Virus record (IMG/VR): IMGVR_UViG_3300029305_004606
Coordinates: 32,001-96,000 of that record
DNA length: 64,000 nucleotides
Direction: 5' to 3' (one strand)
Origin: a virus
Taxonomy: Duplodnaviria; Caudoviricetes
The number at the start of each line of letters is the position of its first letter. Positions within the stretch are counted from its first letter, which is position 1. Shown here piece by piece: positions 1 to 11,478 of this stretch. The translations under genes and the position numbers were made by a program. Under the pieces are notes generated by a model. The model ran no database searches. It was not told where the DNA came from and was given only the letters and a program-made list of their open reading frames with translations.

Positions 1-23
1 TTAGAAAGGAAACAAAAATAATT

Positions 24-815
24 ATGGGAAAAATGGAAAAAGAAATGACATCGCTCAAATTACAGGATAATCCATTCTTTGAATTTACAAAGAAATATTT
101 CTATTTTTTAAGACAAGTTAAATTCGACTTTGAAAGCCCTGATAGATGTATAACTTCTACTTGGATATGGTCGAAAGATAAGAAATATAATATTTCTGAT
201 AAATTGGAGCGTGAATTAAAAGATCTACAATTTTGTAGAAATAATAAAGTTGGTCCAATGCAGCTTCTCAATATCAACTACAGTGTCGATGAATGGCTTG
301 CTTTAGTTAGACAATTTATTGTATATTTAGATACTATTGAATTAGCTTCTTTATATAAAAATGACAAAGATGAATCTAATGTTTATATTGATTGTGACCC
401 TCTTAATTCTAGTTACGTTCTTTATTATTATGATGATAATAATGAAACAGAATATAGAATTTCGTTTATTGAAACTTCTATTCCTAGACCTGGAGCTCCA
501 TCTGCAATTGCGACATTTATCAATGCTGCAGAAGATGAAGAAGACTCTACAATAACATTAGTTCAAATTGATATTTTAAGAAGATATGGTAATAAAAGAA
601 CTAATCAAATCAAACTTGTTGAGAATTCAGGTGATGGAAAAAGTCTTCTTGTCAAACCAGAAGAAGCTCTTGTATTTAATGTATTCAGAGATATTTTATC
701 TCAGGTTATTTTCAATACCTTTAATGACATTCTTAATAATGTCAATAAAACAATCGGCTTTGAAAGAAATATAACTGAAGAGGTGTTACATGGATACATT
801 AAATTATCAGAATAA
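24..815 (+). CDS. hypothetical phage protein
   Basis: 263-aa ORF with upstream AGGAAA; overlaps the next gene; no recognisable motif. Confidence 0.7.
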   Translation: MGKMEKEMTSLKLQDNPFFEFTKKYFYFLRQVKFDFESPDRCITSTWIWSKDKKYNISDKLERELKDLQFCRNNKVGPMQLLNINYSVDEWLALVRQFIVYLDTIELASLYKNDKDESNVYIDCDPLNSSYVLYYYDDNNETEYRISFIETSIPRPGAPSAIATFINAAEDEEDSTITLVQIDILRRYGNKRTNQIKLVENSGDGKSLLVKPEEALVFNVFRDILSQVIFNTFNDILNNVNKTIGFERNITEEVLHGYIKLSE

Positions 816-1935
816 AATTAGAGGAACTCTTATTGAGGTACATCTTGCTGATCTACATTTTGGTGCTTTTGAACCTTCAAAACAATATCAAATTTTGGTA
901 GAGCAGGTTTTATCAGATTTATATCAGTTACCTGTTATAGATATTATATCTATCGATGGTGATTTATTCGACCATAAGGTTATGAGTAATTCCGATGCTG
1001 CTTTATATGCTAGCAAGTTTATTGCAGATTTGGTTCATTTGTCAAAATTGAAAAATGCTACGTTAATCTTATTAGCTGGTACATATTCACACGATTTCGA
1101 TCAATTGAAACTATTTTACCATTATATGGATAACTCTCAGAATTATGGAGTTGACGTTAGGGTAATCACTAACATTCAGTTCGAGTATATTAAAGGTGCT
1201 AGAATATTAATGATACCTGAATTAAATGGAGTAGATGAAGAGGTGTATCAGAAATTTTTCAATCAATCTGGTTGGTATGATGCAGCATTTGTTCATGGTA
1301 CTTTTGAAGGTTCAGTATATGGTAATTTGACATCCGGAAGTAGCCGGTTATTAACAGCAGAAGATTTTAAATATTGTACAGGGGTTGCAATATCAGGTCA
1401 TGTTCATAAAGCTGGTTGTTTCCAAGGTTTCTATTACTATTGTGGATGTCCTTACAGATGGAAGTTTGGAGAAGAAGAAGAGAAAGGTTATATTATTCTT
1501 GCTCATGATTTGGACACTCAGGTTCATTATGTAGACTTTAGACCGATAAAGTCATTCCGATATGATACTATTTTTCTTGATCAATTAGTTTCAGAAGACC
1601 CTAAGAAAATATGTGATTACATCAATCAAAGAAGAGTGAATGATGGAATTGATTATATTAAGGTCAAATTCAGGATACCAATACCTGGATATAATAAAAC
1701 CATTATCAATAATTATTATAGGAATAATCCTACAACATTTGTTGAATTTATGGATACTGTTGAAGTAGAGCAACAAAAACAGAAAGAAGCTATTTTGAAT
1801 TCGGGTCAGTATAGTTATCTAATGGATTCTAGCATTTCAGATTTTGAGAGATTTGTTATGTATGTCAATGATAAAGAAGGGTGTGAATTTATCACTGTAC
1901 AGAAATTAACAGAATTACTTGGCGAAAATATTTAG
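790..1935 (+). CDS. sbcD: SbcD/Mre11-like metallophosphoesterase nuclease
   Basis: Motifs ADLHFG, GDLFD, GTYSHD, HGT, SGHVH; partner SbcC at 37610. Confidence 0.85.
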   Translation: MDTLNYQNKIRGTLIEVHLADLHFGAFEPSKQYQILVEQVLSDLYQLPVIDIISIDGDLFDHKVMSNSDAALYASKFIADLVHLSKLKNATLILLAGTYSHDFDQLKLFYHYMDNSQNYGVDVRVITNIQFEYIKGARILMIPELNGVDEEVYQKFFNQSGWYDAAFVHGTFEGSVYGNLTSGSSRLLTAEDFKYCTGVAISGHVHKAGCFQGFYYYCGCPYRWKFGEEEEKGYIILAHDLDTQVHYVDFRPIKSFRYDTIFLDQLVSEDPKKICDYINQRRVNDGIDYIKVKFRIPIPGYNKTIINNYYRNNPTTFVEFMDTVEVEQQKQKEAILNSGQYSYLMDSSISDFERFVMYVNDKEGCEFITVQKLTELLGENI

Positions 1936-2018
1936 AAAATATCAAGTTAAAAACACTGTACTAATCACTCGAAAGAAATAAGAATGTTAAATATCGTATA
2001 AAGGAAGTAATTGGCATT

Positions 2019-3908
2019 ATGAGTATAATGTTTGATGCAAACAAAATAGGCAGAAAGAACAAGTATAATATTGAAACTGCTAAAATTACATTGGATATGA
2101 CTACTCTCAATGTATTTTGTAGATATATTTTACAGGATGCTAGAGTCATTAGAATGGAACACCTTGTAAATATGAGAAGACTATTATCAATTGTTGATAG
2201 GTCTACTTATGAGAACGACCCAGAAAAGGTAAAGCGTTTCAATTTCATATATAAAGTATTGGAAGCAAGACTTGAACAGAATTTAACAGATATGGATTTA
2301 ATTCTTCTTCATGTAAATGGAGGAATTAATTTTCAGGTTGATTTCTTAGATTATAATAATCTTGCAATGGACAAGTCTAATATTCAATATTGTCATAAAA
2401 TGGTAGAAGACTTATTAAAGTATTCATTCTTCTATAATGAAGCAGATAATTTACAAGAACTTATAACCAGATTTAAAACATCTGATATGTCTAAGAGAGT
2501 TAGTCTTATCAAAGAAACAGAACAACTTTTAGATAGAGTAAAAAATAAGTTTAGAAAAACTCATGTAGAAGATAATGTAAATGATGTATTCTTTTCATTA
2601 GAGGATGGTACTTTTGAGTCTGCTATTACTGATACATATAATATGGTAACTAACCCATCAAGAAGATTATACACTGGTATGCAAGGTTTCAATGAATTAA
2701 TTGGTGGTGGATTTGAATCCGGTCGTGTTTATATGTTATTGGGTGTAGCAGGTGTTGGTAAATCATTAACTTTGCTTAATTTAATTAAGCAGATAAAGAA
2801 ATATAATCCTATGGTTAAACCTAAGGACCCTACTAAAATTCCTTGTATTGTATTATTAACAATGGAAAATACTGTAGTGGAAACTATTACTCGTCTTTTT
2901 GATATGAGTATAGATAATTCTCATGGTATGGGTAACTATGAATTGAATGAAGTTATCTATAAATTAAGAACAGAAGGTGAGTTAACGATTAATGACTCTT
3001 CACCTTTAGATATTGTAATTAAATATAAACCTAATAGAAGTATCAGTACTGATTATCTGTATACATTATATGAGGATTTATTAGATCAAGGAAAAGAAAT
3101 GGTTTGTTTGGTTCAGGACCATATCAAACGTATTCGCTCAATCGATGGTCAGCAGGATATTCGTCTTGAATTAGGTGATATTGTAAACGAATTTAAAGTA
3201 TTTGCTGCAGATAAGGATATTCCTGTAATTACAATATCTCATCTTAATCGTGAAGCAACTCGTATATTAGAAGAAACAGCAAGAAAAGGAAATCAAGATA
3301 GTGGTAAACTTATTGGAAAATCTAATACTGGTGAATCATTATTAATGATTGATAATTTAGACTGTGGTATTACTATTGCGAGAGATTATGATAGAGATGG
3401 ATTATGTTATATGACATTTCATCGTATCAAAATGAGAGATAAGGGCAGTACAAGAGATTATATTGCTCAACCATTCTTACCTGACAATCCGATTAGATTG
3501 GTAACAGATGTTGGTGGAGTTCCTCAGTTCAAAGATTCGTTGCATAATGTTGAATTGCCTGGAAGTATTAATAACAATAGTAGAGTTAAAATGTCCGGTG
3601 CATCTGGATTTATTCAGCAGAATGATATTCTTGGTGTTATTGATACAAATGATACAGGAGACAATGCATTCAATAACAAGGTTACTTATAATCTTGAACC
3701 TGTTGCAGCAAATTATAATAATCCTGAATATACAGCTCAGATGGAAGCATTTGATGAAGAATTATCAGAGCTTATTGTTGAGGATGCAAAGAATAGAGAA
3801 GCTATGAACATCATTATGCTGACAAACTATAATCAGTTACCGTCAGCTAATCCACCTATTTGTCCAATCGAGTTTGTTAATGTTATTAAACCGATTGAAT
3901 TTGTGTAA
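2019..3908 (+). CDS. dnaB: DnaB-like replicative helicase with C-terminal tail ending ICPIEFV-NV-IKPIEFV
   Basis: TGMQGFNELIGGGFESGR, Walker A GVAGVGKS, TMEN, VQDHI, SHLNRE. Confidence 0.85.
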   Translation: MSIMFDANKIGRKNKYNIETAKITLDMTTLNVFCRYILQDARVIRMEHLVNMRRLLSIVDRSTYENDPEKVKRFNFIYKVLEARLEQNLTDMDLILLHVNGGINFQVDFLDYNNLAMDKSNIQYCHKMVEDLLKYSFFYNEADNLQELITRFKTSDMSKRVSLIKETEQLLDRVKNKFRKTHVEDNVNDVFFSLEDGTFESAITDTYNMVTNPSRRLYTGMQGFNELIGGGFESGRVYMLLGVAGVGKSLTLLNLIKQIKKYNPMVKPKDPTKIPCIVLLTMENTVVETITRLFDMSIDNSHGMGNYELNEVIYKLRTEGELTINDSSPLDIVIKYKPNRSISTDYLYTLYEDLLDQGKEMVCLVQDHIKRIRSIDGQQDIRLELGDIVNEFKVFAADKDIPVITISHLNREATRILEETARKGNQDSGKLIGKSNTGESLLMIDNLDCGITIARDYDRDGLCYMTFHRIKMRDKGSTRDYIAQPFLPDNPIRLVTDVGGVPQFKDSLHNVELPGSINNNSRVKMSGASGFIQQNDILGVIDTNDTGDNAFNNKVTYNLEPVAANYNNPEYTAQMEAFDEELSELIVEDAKNREAMNIIMLTNYNQLPSANPPICPIEFVNVIKPIEFV

Positions 3909-3918
3909 CAGAAACAGT

Positions 3919-3949
3919 ATGCTTGTAGGTATTATCTACCTACAAGCAT
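3919..3949. terminator. bidirectional intrinsic terminator
   Basis: ATGCTTGTAGGTA / TACCTACAAGCAT inverted repeat between convergent genes, followed by a T run. Confidence 0.75.
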
Positions 3950-3953
3950 CTTT

Positions 3954-4382
3954 TTATCTGTAGATTTTATTTATTGCTCTATTTTCCTGAATATATTTGG
4001 ACTCTTTTCCATAAATATCGTTAAGGAATGTTGCTAGTACACTAGCATATGGAAGCTTCACTGTTTTTACATTAAACTCTTTTGGATCGACCATATCATT
4101 CAATAATAATAAAACAAAGTCTAATTGAACTGACCCGTATAAATCATATGCTAATAAATCAGGATTATATTTATATCTCTTAAACTCTGTATCAGATAGA
4201 GATATAGTTTCACAAGTGCCAGCCAAGTGAGGTAAATAATCCTCTACGAGATTATGGTCAAGGTGGTGTACACCATTGATTACTTCCAAAATAGAGAAAT
4301 TATAATATGTCATATCATCTATATTTCTCATATTGATAAAATCTTGCAAAGTATAAGTGGTAGCAGGATTATGTTGAGCCAT
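3954..4382 (-). CDS. probable baseplate wedge (T4 gp53/LysM-like) virion protein
   Basis: YNPDLLAYDLYGSVQLDFVLLLLND resembles the gp53-type RPDxIAxxxYG motif; late-type promoter upstream. Confidence 0.55.
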   Translation of the reverse strand: MAQHNPATTYTLQDFINMRNIDDMTYYNFSILEVINGVHHLDHNLVEDYLPHLAGTCETISLSDTEFKRYKYNPDLLAYDLYGSVQLDFVLLLLNDMVDPKEFNVKTVKLPYASVLATFLNDIYGKESKYIQENRAINKIYR

Positions 4383-4412
4383 ATCTCATACCCCTTTCTA
4401 TATAATTCTTTA

Positions 4413-4450
4413 ATTATAAACATGTTTTTGAATTATATAATATATTTATG
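4413..4450. promoter_or_regulatory. back-to-back promoters: class B (minus strand) and class A (plus strand)
   Basis: Minus AACA-TGTTTA-TAAT at 4426-4413; plus TTATATAATATATTTATG at 4433. Confidence 0.6.
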
Positions 4451-4492
4451 TAAACAAATGATACTATTTTTCATGCGAAAGGAGAAAACAAA

Positions 4493-4966
4493 ATGAAAGA
4501 CAATGAAAAATTGATTGAAGAAACGACAGGAACAGAAATTATCTGTCATTCTTTAGATGATTTGGAATTTTATGTAGCAGAATCAACCAAATTGATCGAA
4601 AGAAAACATGAAGAGTTATTAAAGGTTACAGTAGATAAACCTCTTTATGTAATCAAAAGAAAGGTAACTGATTCTGATAGCAATGATGAATTAGAAATTG
4701 TATTGATTTATGACTGTTGTTATGTGCTTTTCACATCAAAAGAATCAGCAGAAGCATTTATGGATTCTTTTATGGATATTTCTATGAAAGAAGAATGTGA
4801 AGTTGTAACTGTTTCTGATTACGGTGAATTATGTCATAGATTACCTATTTCTATGCTTGGAGATGGTCTTATTATGAAAAGAATTGAATTCAAATCAGAT
4901 GATGATGTTTGGCATTGTGAAGATCTTATTTATGATCCTGCCGATAACAATTCTAAAACAGAGTAA
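4493..4966 (+). CDS. hypothetical acidic protein
   Basis: 157-aa ORF with AAGGAG RBS. Confidence 0.7.
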   Translation: MKDNEKLIEETTGTEIICHSLDDLEFYVAESTKLIERKHEELLKVTVDKPLYVIKRKVTDSDSNDELEIVLIYDCCYVLFTSKESAEAFMDSFMDISMKEECEVVTVSDYGELCHRLPISMLGDGLIMKRIEFKSDDDVWHCEDLIYDPADNNSKTE

Positions 4967-5021
4967 GAAATTACTCATTAATTTACAACCTATTAATTTT
5001 AAGGAGGATTAAGAAACATAT

Positions 5022-5681
5022 ATGGTATCATTAACAATGGATAATATTGACAAAACAGAAGTTGTTACTGTCATTGGTAGTACAAGATTTGATAAAGAGA
5101 TGATTGATAAAGCCAGATATCTTCAATCAACTGGAAAGTTATCATTAATTACTTCTATAACAAAAGAACCTACTTATGCTGTATCAGAGGATATGTTGAT
5201 GAAAGAAGGTTATAAAAGAATCAATTTATCAGATACAGTTGTATGTATGAACTGTCATGGTTATATTGGAGAAAATACTGCAAGAGAATATCAGTATGCT
5301 ACTTTGGTAAGAAGAATTCCGGTATATTTTGATGAAGATGAAGTTACAGAGCATATGCTCAAGTATCTTAACTCATATTTCATTGATGATGAAGGTCAAT
5401 ATCGTCTTTGGAATTATTCTAATATAGAAGGTCTTACAATTAAGACTATTTGTATTAGAGAAAATCCTATAGTTGCTCCTGATATAGCAACAATGCTTTC
5501 TGATATGGATATTGATAAAGAGTTTTATCATGCTATATTATCAATTGATATGAGGAAACAGTGCAAACATACAGGAGTTCCTGTCAGAATTTTACCGAAT
5601 GATATATTCGATGCAAATATTAGAGAATCTAATCTGATCGCTTATAATGATAAAGCAGATGAACCTGAAGATCAGATTTGA
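5022..5681 (+). CDS. hypothetical protein with N-terminal nucleoside deoxyribosyltransferase-like domain
   Basis: IGSTRF...KRINLSD...GYIGENTAREYQYA pattern; AGGAGG RBS. Confidence 0.45.
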   Translation: MVSLTMDNIDKTEVVTVIGSTRFDKEMIDKARYLQSTGKLSLITSITKEPTYAVSEDMLMKEGYKRINLSDTVVCMNCHGYIGENTAREYQYATLVRRIPVYFDEDEVTEHMLKYLNSYFIDDEGQYRLWNYSNIEGLTIKTICIRENPIVAPDIATMLSDMDIDKEFYHAILSIDMRKQCKHTGVPVRILPNDIFDANIRESNLIAYNDKADEPEDQI

Positions 5682-5724
5682 TTATATATGATACTATTAA
5701 TTTAAAGGAAAGGAATAAGGTGAA

Positions 5725-7875
5725 ATGGAGTACAAAGAACAATTCTATTATCCTTATAAGGAATTGTGTGAAACTGGCACGCAGACTATTCACACGAAAG
5801 ATTTAAACCAATCCAATATTGATAATCATTTCTACTCAATTATCAATATACTCAAAGATGGAGTAGAAAAACCTGAAGTGCAGAATATGATGATTCATGT
5901 TGTATTTGCTAACAAAGTAGATGTAGATTTAACTATATTTGATTACACTATCAACTTGATGTTCTGGAATCTCTGTACAGCAGTAGATCATCCAATTAAT
6001 GATGTACATTTGGTATTCTTTGAGAATATCACCAAGAGATTTATTAAGGAATATATCGATAATATCTTTATTGATAGATATCGTAAAAAGATTCCATTCA
6101 TTATGCTTAATCAGACTATCGATGCAGTAATTGGAAAATTCAGAGATCTCAGATTTATGCAAATGTATCTTGGTAATACTTTGAATCTTGAAGATACTAT
6201 TGACTTGATGAATAAGTATCCTGATTTTGCAGATACTATTCATTTCAATCCTGATGGTATTCCTATTGAAGATGTAAAAGAGAAAGGTATGGAAGCAACT
6301 GATTTACAGATTAGATATATCAAGAATTCTGATCACTGTTTAAGAGATTCATTCCGCACAGGTGAAGCAATATCACCTAAACAGTATAAAGAAGTTGCTG
6401 TTAATATTGGTTCAAAACCTGATGGTCAGGGATCAGTATTCCCTCATCCTATTCGTCATTCATTTATGAATGGTGGTTTACAGACTCCTGAAGAGGTAGC
6501 TATTGAATCATCAGTAGGTCGTGTAGCTCAGATTTTGCAGAAAACAAACGTTGGTGAATCTGGTGCATTTGCAAGATGTCTTGAATTAAATAATCAGGAT
6601 ACTATATTGCATCCTGATCCGACTTATATTTGTGATTCTCATAACTTTCAGGAAATTGTACTTGAAGATGATACAATGCTTCGTATGTATGATATGAGAT
6701 ATTATAGAGATAATCCTGACGGAGTAGATAAGTTGTTATCAGCTAAAACTGCAGATAAACAGAAGATGCTTCATAGAAAACTCTATTTCCGTTCTCCTAT
6801 GACTTGTGCAAGTGCTGCTAGAGGGCATGGTATTTGTTATAAATGTTATGGCGACCTTGCATATGTAAATAGAGAAGTTAATATTGGACAGATTGCAGCT
6901 GAAGGACTATCTTCAATTTATACTCAGATCTTATTGTCAGCAAAACATCTTCTTGAATCTTTGGTTGTTAAAATGGAGTGGTCTAAAGGATTTTATGATT
7001 ATTTCCAGATTACTTTTAATACCATAGCTTTGATTGAGAATAAAACCTATAGAGGTATTAAACTCATCATTGACGAGGATATTAAGTCTGAAGAAGAATA
7101 TGACGATGTAGATTATAATCACTACATCAATAGTTTCATTATCAGAAAACCTGATGGTGAAGAGTTTAAGATATCTACAACAAATACAGATAACCTGTAT
7201 TTTGATTCCGATTTCTATGAATATGTAATGTCAGTTCAGCCTGAGAATAACAGTTCCGAGGAACCTTATCATGTAGAGCTTAACTTAACAGACTTGATTG
7301 ATTTTCCTTGTCTTTTTGTAGTTGAGATTAAGAATAACGAATTATCTGCGACTATGAATAAGATTGAAAAGCTTATCAATAACAAGAGTGTAATTTCTTT
7401 ATATGATAGGAATTCAATTCTCAAAGAATTTATTACTACAAATATTCAGGGTAATATTAAGCTCAATGCAGTCCACTTCGAAGTTCTTCTGATGAATCAG
7501 ATCAGAGCATTTGATGATGAGCTTGAGAAACCTGATTGGACAAATCCCGGTGAAATTTGTCAGATTCTCACTTTGGATAAATCGTTGTCTAATAATCAAT
7601 CTATAACTGTAAGATTGCAGAGTTCGAAAGTACAGAAGGCTTTGGCAAATCCTCAGAATAGATACATCTGTAGACCTTCTATGACAGATATTTATTATAT
7701 GGAACAGCCTCAGGAGTACTTAGACGAGGAGTTCATTTCTGACGAATATACACCTAAGTCTGATGTTGAGCAACCTATTATTGAACCTATTACTTTCTCT
7801 AACCCTAAGATTAGAGTTGGTCGTAAGGTAGAAAAGCGTAAGATTCCCAAGAAGAATTTCCGCAGAGATTATTAA
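5725..7875 (+). CDS. rpoC: phage multisubunit RNA polymerase, beta' C-terminal half (non-virion RNAP)
   Basis: Bridge-helix-like GRVAQILQKTNVGESGAFAR; Zn site FRSPMTC...GICYKCYG; trigger-loop-like NIGQIAAEGLSSIYTQILLSAKH. Confidence 0.85.
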   Translation: MEYKEQFYYPYKELCETGTQTIHTKDLNQSNIDNHFYSIINILKDGVEKPEVQNMMIHVVFANKVDVDLTIFDYTINLMFWNLCTAVDHPINDVHLVFFENITKRFIKEYIDNIFIDRYRKKIPFIMLNQTIDAVIGKFRDLRFMQMYLGNTLNLEDTIDLMNKYPDFADTIHFNPDGIPIEDVKEKGMEATDLQIRYIKNSDHCLRDSFRTGEAISPKQYKEVAVNIGSKPDGQGSVFPHPIRHSFMNGGLQTPEEVAIESSVGRVAQILQKTNVGESGAFARCLELNNQDTILHPDPTYICDSHNFQEIVLEDDTMLRMYDMRYYRDNPDGVDKLLSAKTADKQKMLHRKLYFRSPMTCASAARGHGICYKCYGDLAYVNREVNIGQIAAEGLSSIYTQILLSAKHLLESLVVKMEWSKGFYDYFQITFNTIALIENKTYRGIKLIIDEDIKSEEEYDDVDYNHYINSFIIRKPDGEEFKISTTNTDNLYFDSDFYEYVMSVQPENNSSEEPYHVELNLTDLIDFPCLFVVEIKNNELSATMNKIEKLINNKSVISLYDRNSILKEFITTNIQGNIKLNAVHFEVLLMNQIRAFDDELEKPDWTNPGEICQILTLDKSLSNNQSITVRLQSSKVQKALANPQNRYICRPSMTDIYYMEQPQEYLDEEFISDEYTPKSDVEQPIIEPITFSNPKIRVGRKVEKRKIPKKNFRRDY

Positions 7876-7903
7876 AATATAAGATTGAGAGGTATGTCAA
7901 ATT

Positions 7904-8212
7904 ATGAAAAGATTCTTTGGTATGATGCCTACTAATGAGGTAGAAATCGAAAAGAAATATAAAGACAAAAATGACTATAACGTTACTATTCAGGCTGGTC
8001 CTAACGGTTGGACTGTACTTTGGGCTGATGGTGGTTCATCTTGGAAAGATGAAGAAAATACAGCAGAAGAAAACTTCAATACTGCATTAAAAGTAGCAGA
8101 AGAAGCTGTAGGAACTCTTACAGAAGTAACTCTTCCTGTAGCATATAATGTAGTAGAAGCAGGTGAAACCTGTGATGAAGATGAATCCGATGGAGAATGT
8201 TGGGAAGGATAA
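7904..8212 (+). CDS. hypothetical protein
   Basis: 102-aa ORF with GAGG RBS and acidic tail. Confidence 0.65.
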   Translation: MKRFFGMMPTNEVEIEKKYKDKNDYNVTIQAGPNGWTVLWADGGSSWKDEENTAEENFNTALKVAEEAVGTLTEVTLPVAYNVVEAGETCDEDESDGECWEG

Positions 8213-8291
8213 ATTAGACAAATAAAAGCCATAGAATCCGGAAGGGTCTCCTGACCCTTCCAGTTTCAGGCTGACAATTAGAGGTAATATT

Positions 8292-9920
8292 ATGGACAGA
8301 ATAAAAGTTACAAATACTTCCATTATAGTCGAAAACTATACAATGGGAGAGTCCGAACAATTAGAAAAACCTTTTAGAATATATGATCCTATTACACATA
8401 AAGTATTTTATAAAGGGTTTTATTATGATGAAGAAAATAAGAGATTATATCTTCCTGCAGGTATGGACATTTGGTATGTTCGTAAAGCATTAGGAGAAAA
8501 ATATTATACAAGAATAGATTCAGAACCATTTCAAATGATTGATAATGTAATGATAAAGTTCAAGCCCAGAGATGAGGAACAAGTTGAAGCTTTAAAGTTT
8601 ACCTGTAATGTAGGTGAGTATGAAGACAACAAGTATCTACATCAGCTGAGTTTGAACCTGTTTACTGGTAAAGGAAAAACATATGTATCTATTGCTACTA
8701 TTTGTTTTTTCAAAATCAAGAGTATTATCATTACTGGTTCTAACTCGTTATTATCACAATGGGGAGAAGAGATTTGTAAATATACAAATTTAAAGCCAGG
8801 TGATATAGTTTCTATTAATGGATCAGAATATTGTAATATGATTCTTAATGGTTCGTCTAATAAAGCTAAGAATGGTAAAGTTTTCTTATGCAGTCATGGT
8901 ACATTAAGATCGTTTGGTGATAGATATGGTTGGGACAAAGTGTCTCAATTATTCAGAGAATTAGGAATTGGTATGAAGTTTTATGATGAAGCTCATACTA
9001 ATTTTGACAATATGTTGATGATAGACTTCTTTACCAATACTTTTAAAACTTTTTATGTAACAGCTACACCTGGTAGAAGTAATTGGAAAGAAAATCATAT
9101 ATTTCAGATATCATTAAAGAATGTACCTGGTATTGATTTATTTGATGAAAATAATGATCCTCATACTAGTTATGTAGCTATTAAATGGAACTCTAATCCG
9201 ACTCCACAAGCAGTATCAGCATGTAAAAATGTTTATGGATTAGATAGAAATAAATATATCAATTATGTTACTCAAAAACCTGAATTTTATGATATGATGA
9301 GAATTATAATGGATATGGTTATCAAATGTAAGGGTAGAGTTTTAATGTATATTGGTACTAATGAAGGTATATTGAGATTATATCATTGGCTTGGTAAAGA
9401 ATATCCTGAGTTTCTTGGAGATATAGGTATATTTACATCTCTCTTGGATAAAACTCAAAAGCAAAAAGATAAGAAAAAGAAACTTATCATATCTACTACA
9501 AAATCTGCTGGTCTTGGAGAGCATATTGAAGGATTAAAAATGACTATAGTGTTAGCTGAACCTTTTAAATCTGAAATTATCACAAGACAGACATTAGGTA
9601 GAACACGAGATAAGAATACTTTGTATATAGAATTAGTAGATATGGGATTTAGATATTGTAGAAAATTTTATAACGATAAACTTCCTATATTTAATAAATA
9701 TGCAAGTGATGTTTCTGATACTACAGTTGATTCTTATGAATTAACTAGAAGAGCAAAAATTCTTAAAGCTGAAAGAACTCATTATCAGATTTGTCCAATT
9801 GAATTAGCTGATGATAGATTTGATTTTAGTTTTATCAAAGATAAACAAACAGGACCTATTTGTCCTATAGAATTTATCGATACCGATCCTTTATCCAGTA
9901 TAAAATATCGTAAAAGATAA
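8292..9920 (+). CDS. superfamily 2 (DEAH, UvsW/ResIII-like) helicase
   Basis: PRDEEQ Q-motif, TGKGKT, DEAH, TATP, QTLGRTR; follows beta'-C as in phiKZ-like phages. Confidence 0.85.
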   Translation: MDRIKVTNTSIIVENYTMGESEQLEKPFRIYDPITHKVFYKGFYYDEENKRLYLPAGMDIWYVRKALGEKYYTRIDSEPFQMIDNVMIKFKPRDEEQVEALKFTCNVGEYEDNKYLHQLSLNLFTGKGKTYVSIATICFFKIKSIIITGSNSLLSQWGEEICKYTNLKPGDIVSINGSEYCNMILNGSSNKAKNGKVFLCSHGTLRSFGDRYGWDKVSQLFRELGIGMKFYDEAHTNFDNMLMIDFFTNTFKTFYVTATPGRSNWKENHIFQISLKNVPGIDLFDENNDPHTSYVAIKWNSNPTPQAVSACKNVYGLDRNKYINYVTQKPEFYDMMRIIMDMVIKCKGRVLMYIGTNEGILRLYHWLGKEYPEFLGDIGIFTSLLDKTQKQKDKKKKLIISTTKSAGLGEHIEGLKMTIVLAEPFKSEIITRQTLGRTRDKNTLYIELVDMGFRYCRKFYNDKLPIFNKYASDVSDTTVDSYELTRRAKILKAERTHYQICPIELADDRFDFSFIKDKQTGPICPIEFIDTDPLSSIKYRKR

Positions 9921-10041
9921 AAGAAAAATAAATCCTCTTTTGATTATATATAATAATAGTGAATAAAGGTTATACAATAGCCTTTCCTATCATGATACTG
10001 TCACAGACAAAAAAAAATATAATCAAAGGAGGATAAGATTT

Positions 10042-11478
10042 ATGATGACAGCATTAAACACATTTAATCCACTTATAGTAGCAGCTGTTAACCCTTTCGT
10101 TATTAATAACGATTATACTATTAAGGTGGAAAACAAACCTAAAAAAGAAAAGAAAAGTTCCAAATTTAATTCTAAGGAAGCAGACAAGTTCGTTAATCAG
10201 GGACAAGTTTCTAACAGATTATACGAAGATATTTGTAAGATGGCTAAAGATAATGCATTTTTGCGTTTAGTCTTTGTTTCCAAGGGTATCGAAACAAATC
10301 AGTGGATTAGATTTGCCATTTATTATATGACAGATCCGCTTGCAACAGCTATATCATTTGCAGACGAAGAATCTAGAGAATTAGTTAATGCTATCTCTAT
10401 ACTGGCTGGTTTCGGTAAAGTCTATGAAAGCAATAGTGTTGCTAACATAGACGAATATGATAGTACACAATTAAATTCTGAGTATACAGGTAGATTCTTG
10501 TTGAACAAACCTGAGCTGGTTGATTTTTTATCAACTGTACAGTTCCAGTCAGTTATGGCAGCTAGAAAATTCAGAATGAACGAAACTATTCTTGAAGGAC
10601 CTGTGATGATTACTGTAGATGAAAGTGAACTTCGTTATGTGGACGAACAGAAAAAATCTATGGCTAATCCAGCATTTGCAATTCTTGATGCTGATGATGA
10701 AGAAATTGTTCAACCTAGTTTTACTATTAATGAGTCTAATTCATTTAGTCCACTTGAGTTTAACATAAAGCCTAAAGTTATGCCTAAAAAAGGTGAAGGA
10801 ATCGATGCTCATACCTATACAAGATTTGAAGCTATGATAGGAAAATATATTCCTGAAACTATTCATTATCATTACGAATGTATTAATGGTATCTATCATC
10901 TGTTTATTACAAGACCTGATACAGGTGCAGAAGAAATGTATATTATTGATAATGGTAGTATTGTTGGTGGAAGTACAGTAGCTATTTTAGGTATGTATGT
11001 AAATTCTGAAGGCTTTGAACGATACAGATTTGTTGATGTATTAGCTCATCCGGCAATTGTTTCTAAGATTCTTGATAGAACTATATTTAACTATCTGAGT
11101 TTTCAGGAATTAGAAGATGTACAAGGAGATTATTTGTATAATTATAGAATTTATAATAACATTGATTTCCATAATACAGATTTCTTTGATGATTTGAAAC
11201 CTGAAGATAAATATGATTTTGAATCTTCGTTACTTGCAGTTATGAGTTCAATCGATTTGGCTGGATTTGGAAATGTAAGATTTAGATTTAGCTCATATGA
11301 TAATCCTCATAATTTTACATTAGTTTCAGATTTTAATATGTATCGTCCGCTACCGTTTATCCAGGATAAAATGATGCCTGAGACTTATGTTGTAGAAGGT
11401 TTAGAGATTTCCGTTGTTCCTGATCATGTATATATCAAAATGAACAATGAAATTATAAATAGCTATAGAATAGGATGA
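10042..11478 (+). CDS. hypothetical protein
   Basis: 478-aa ORF with AGGAGG RBS and class A promoter at 9944; contains FSPLEF. Confidence 0.75.
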   Translation: MMTALNTFNPLIVAAVNPFVINNDYTIKVENKPKKEKKSSKFNSKEADKFVNQGQVSNRLYEDICKMAKDNAFLRLVFVSKGIETNQWIRFAIYYMTDPLATAISFADEESRELVNAISILAGFGKVYESNSVANIDEYDSTQLNSEYTGRFLLNKPELVDFLSTVQFQSVMAARKFRMNETILEGPVMITVDESELRYVDEQKKSMANPAFAILDADDEEIVQPSFTINESNSFSPLEFNIKPKVMPKKGEGIDAHTYTRFEAMIGKYIPETIHYHYECINGIYHLFITRPDTGAEEMYIIDNGSIVGGSTVAILGMYVNSEGFERYRFVDVLAHPAIVSKILDRTIFNYLSFQELEDVQGDYLYNYRIYNNIDFHNTDFFDDLKPEDKYDFESSLLAVMSSIDLAGFGNVRFRFSSYDNPHNFTLVSDFNMYRPLPFIQDKMMPETYVVEGLEISVVPDHVYIKMNNEIINSYRIG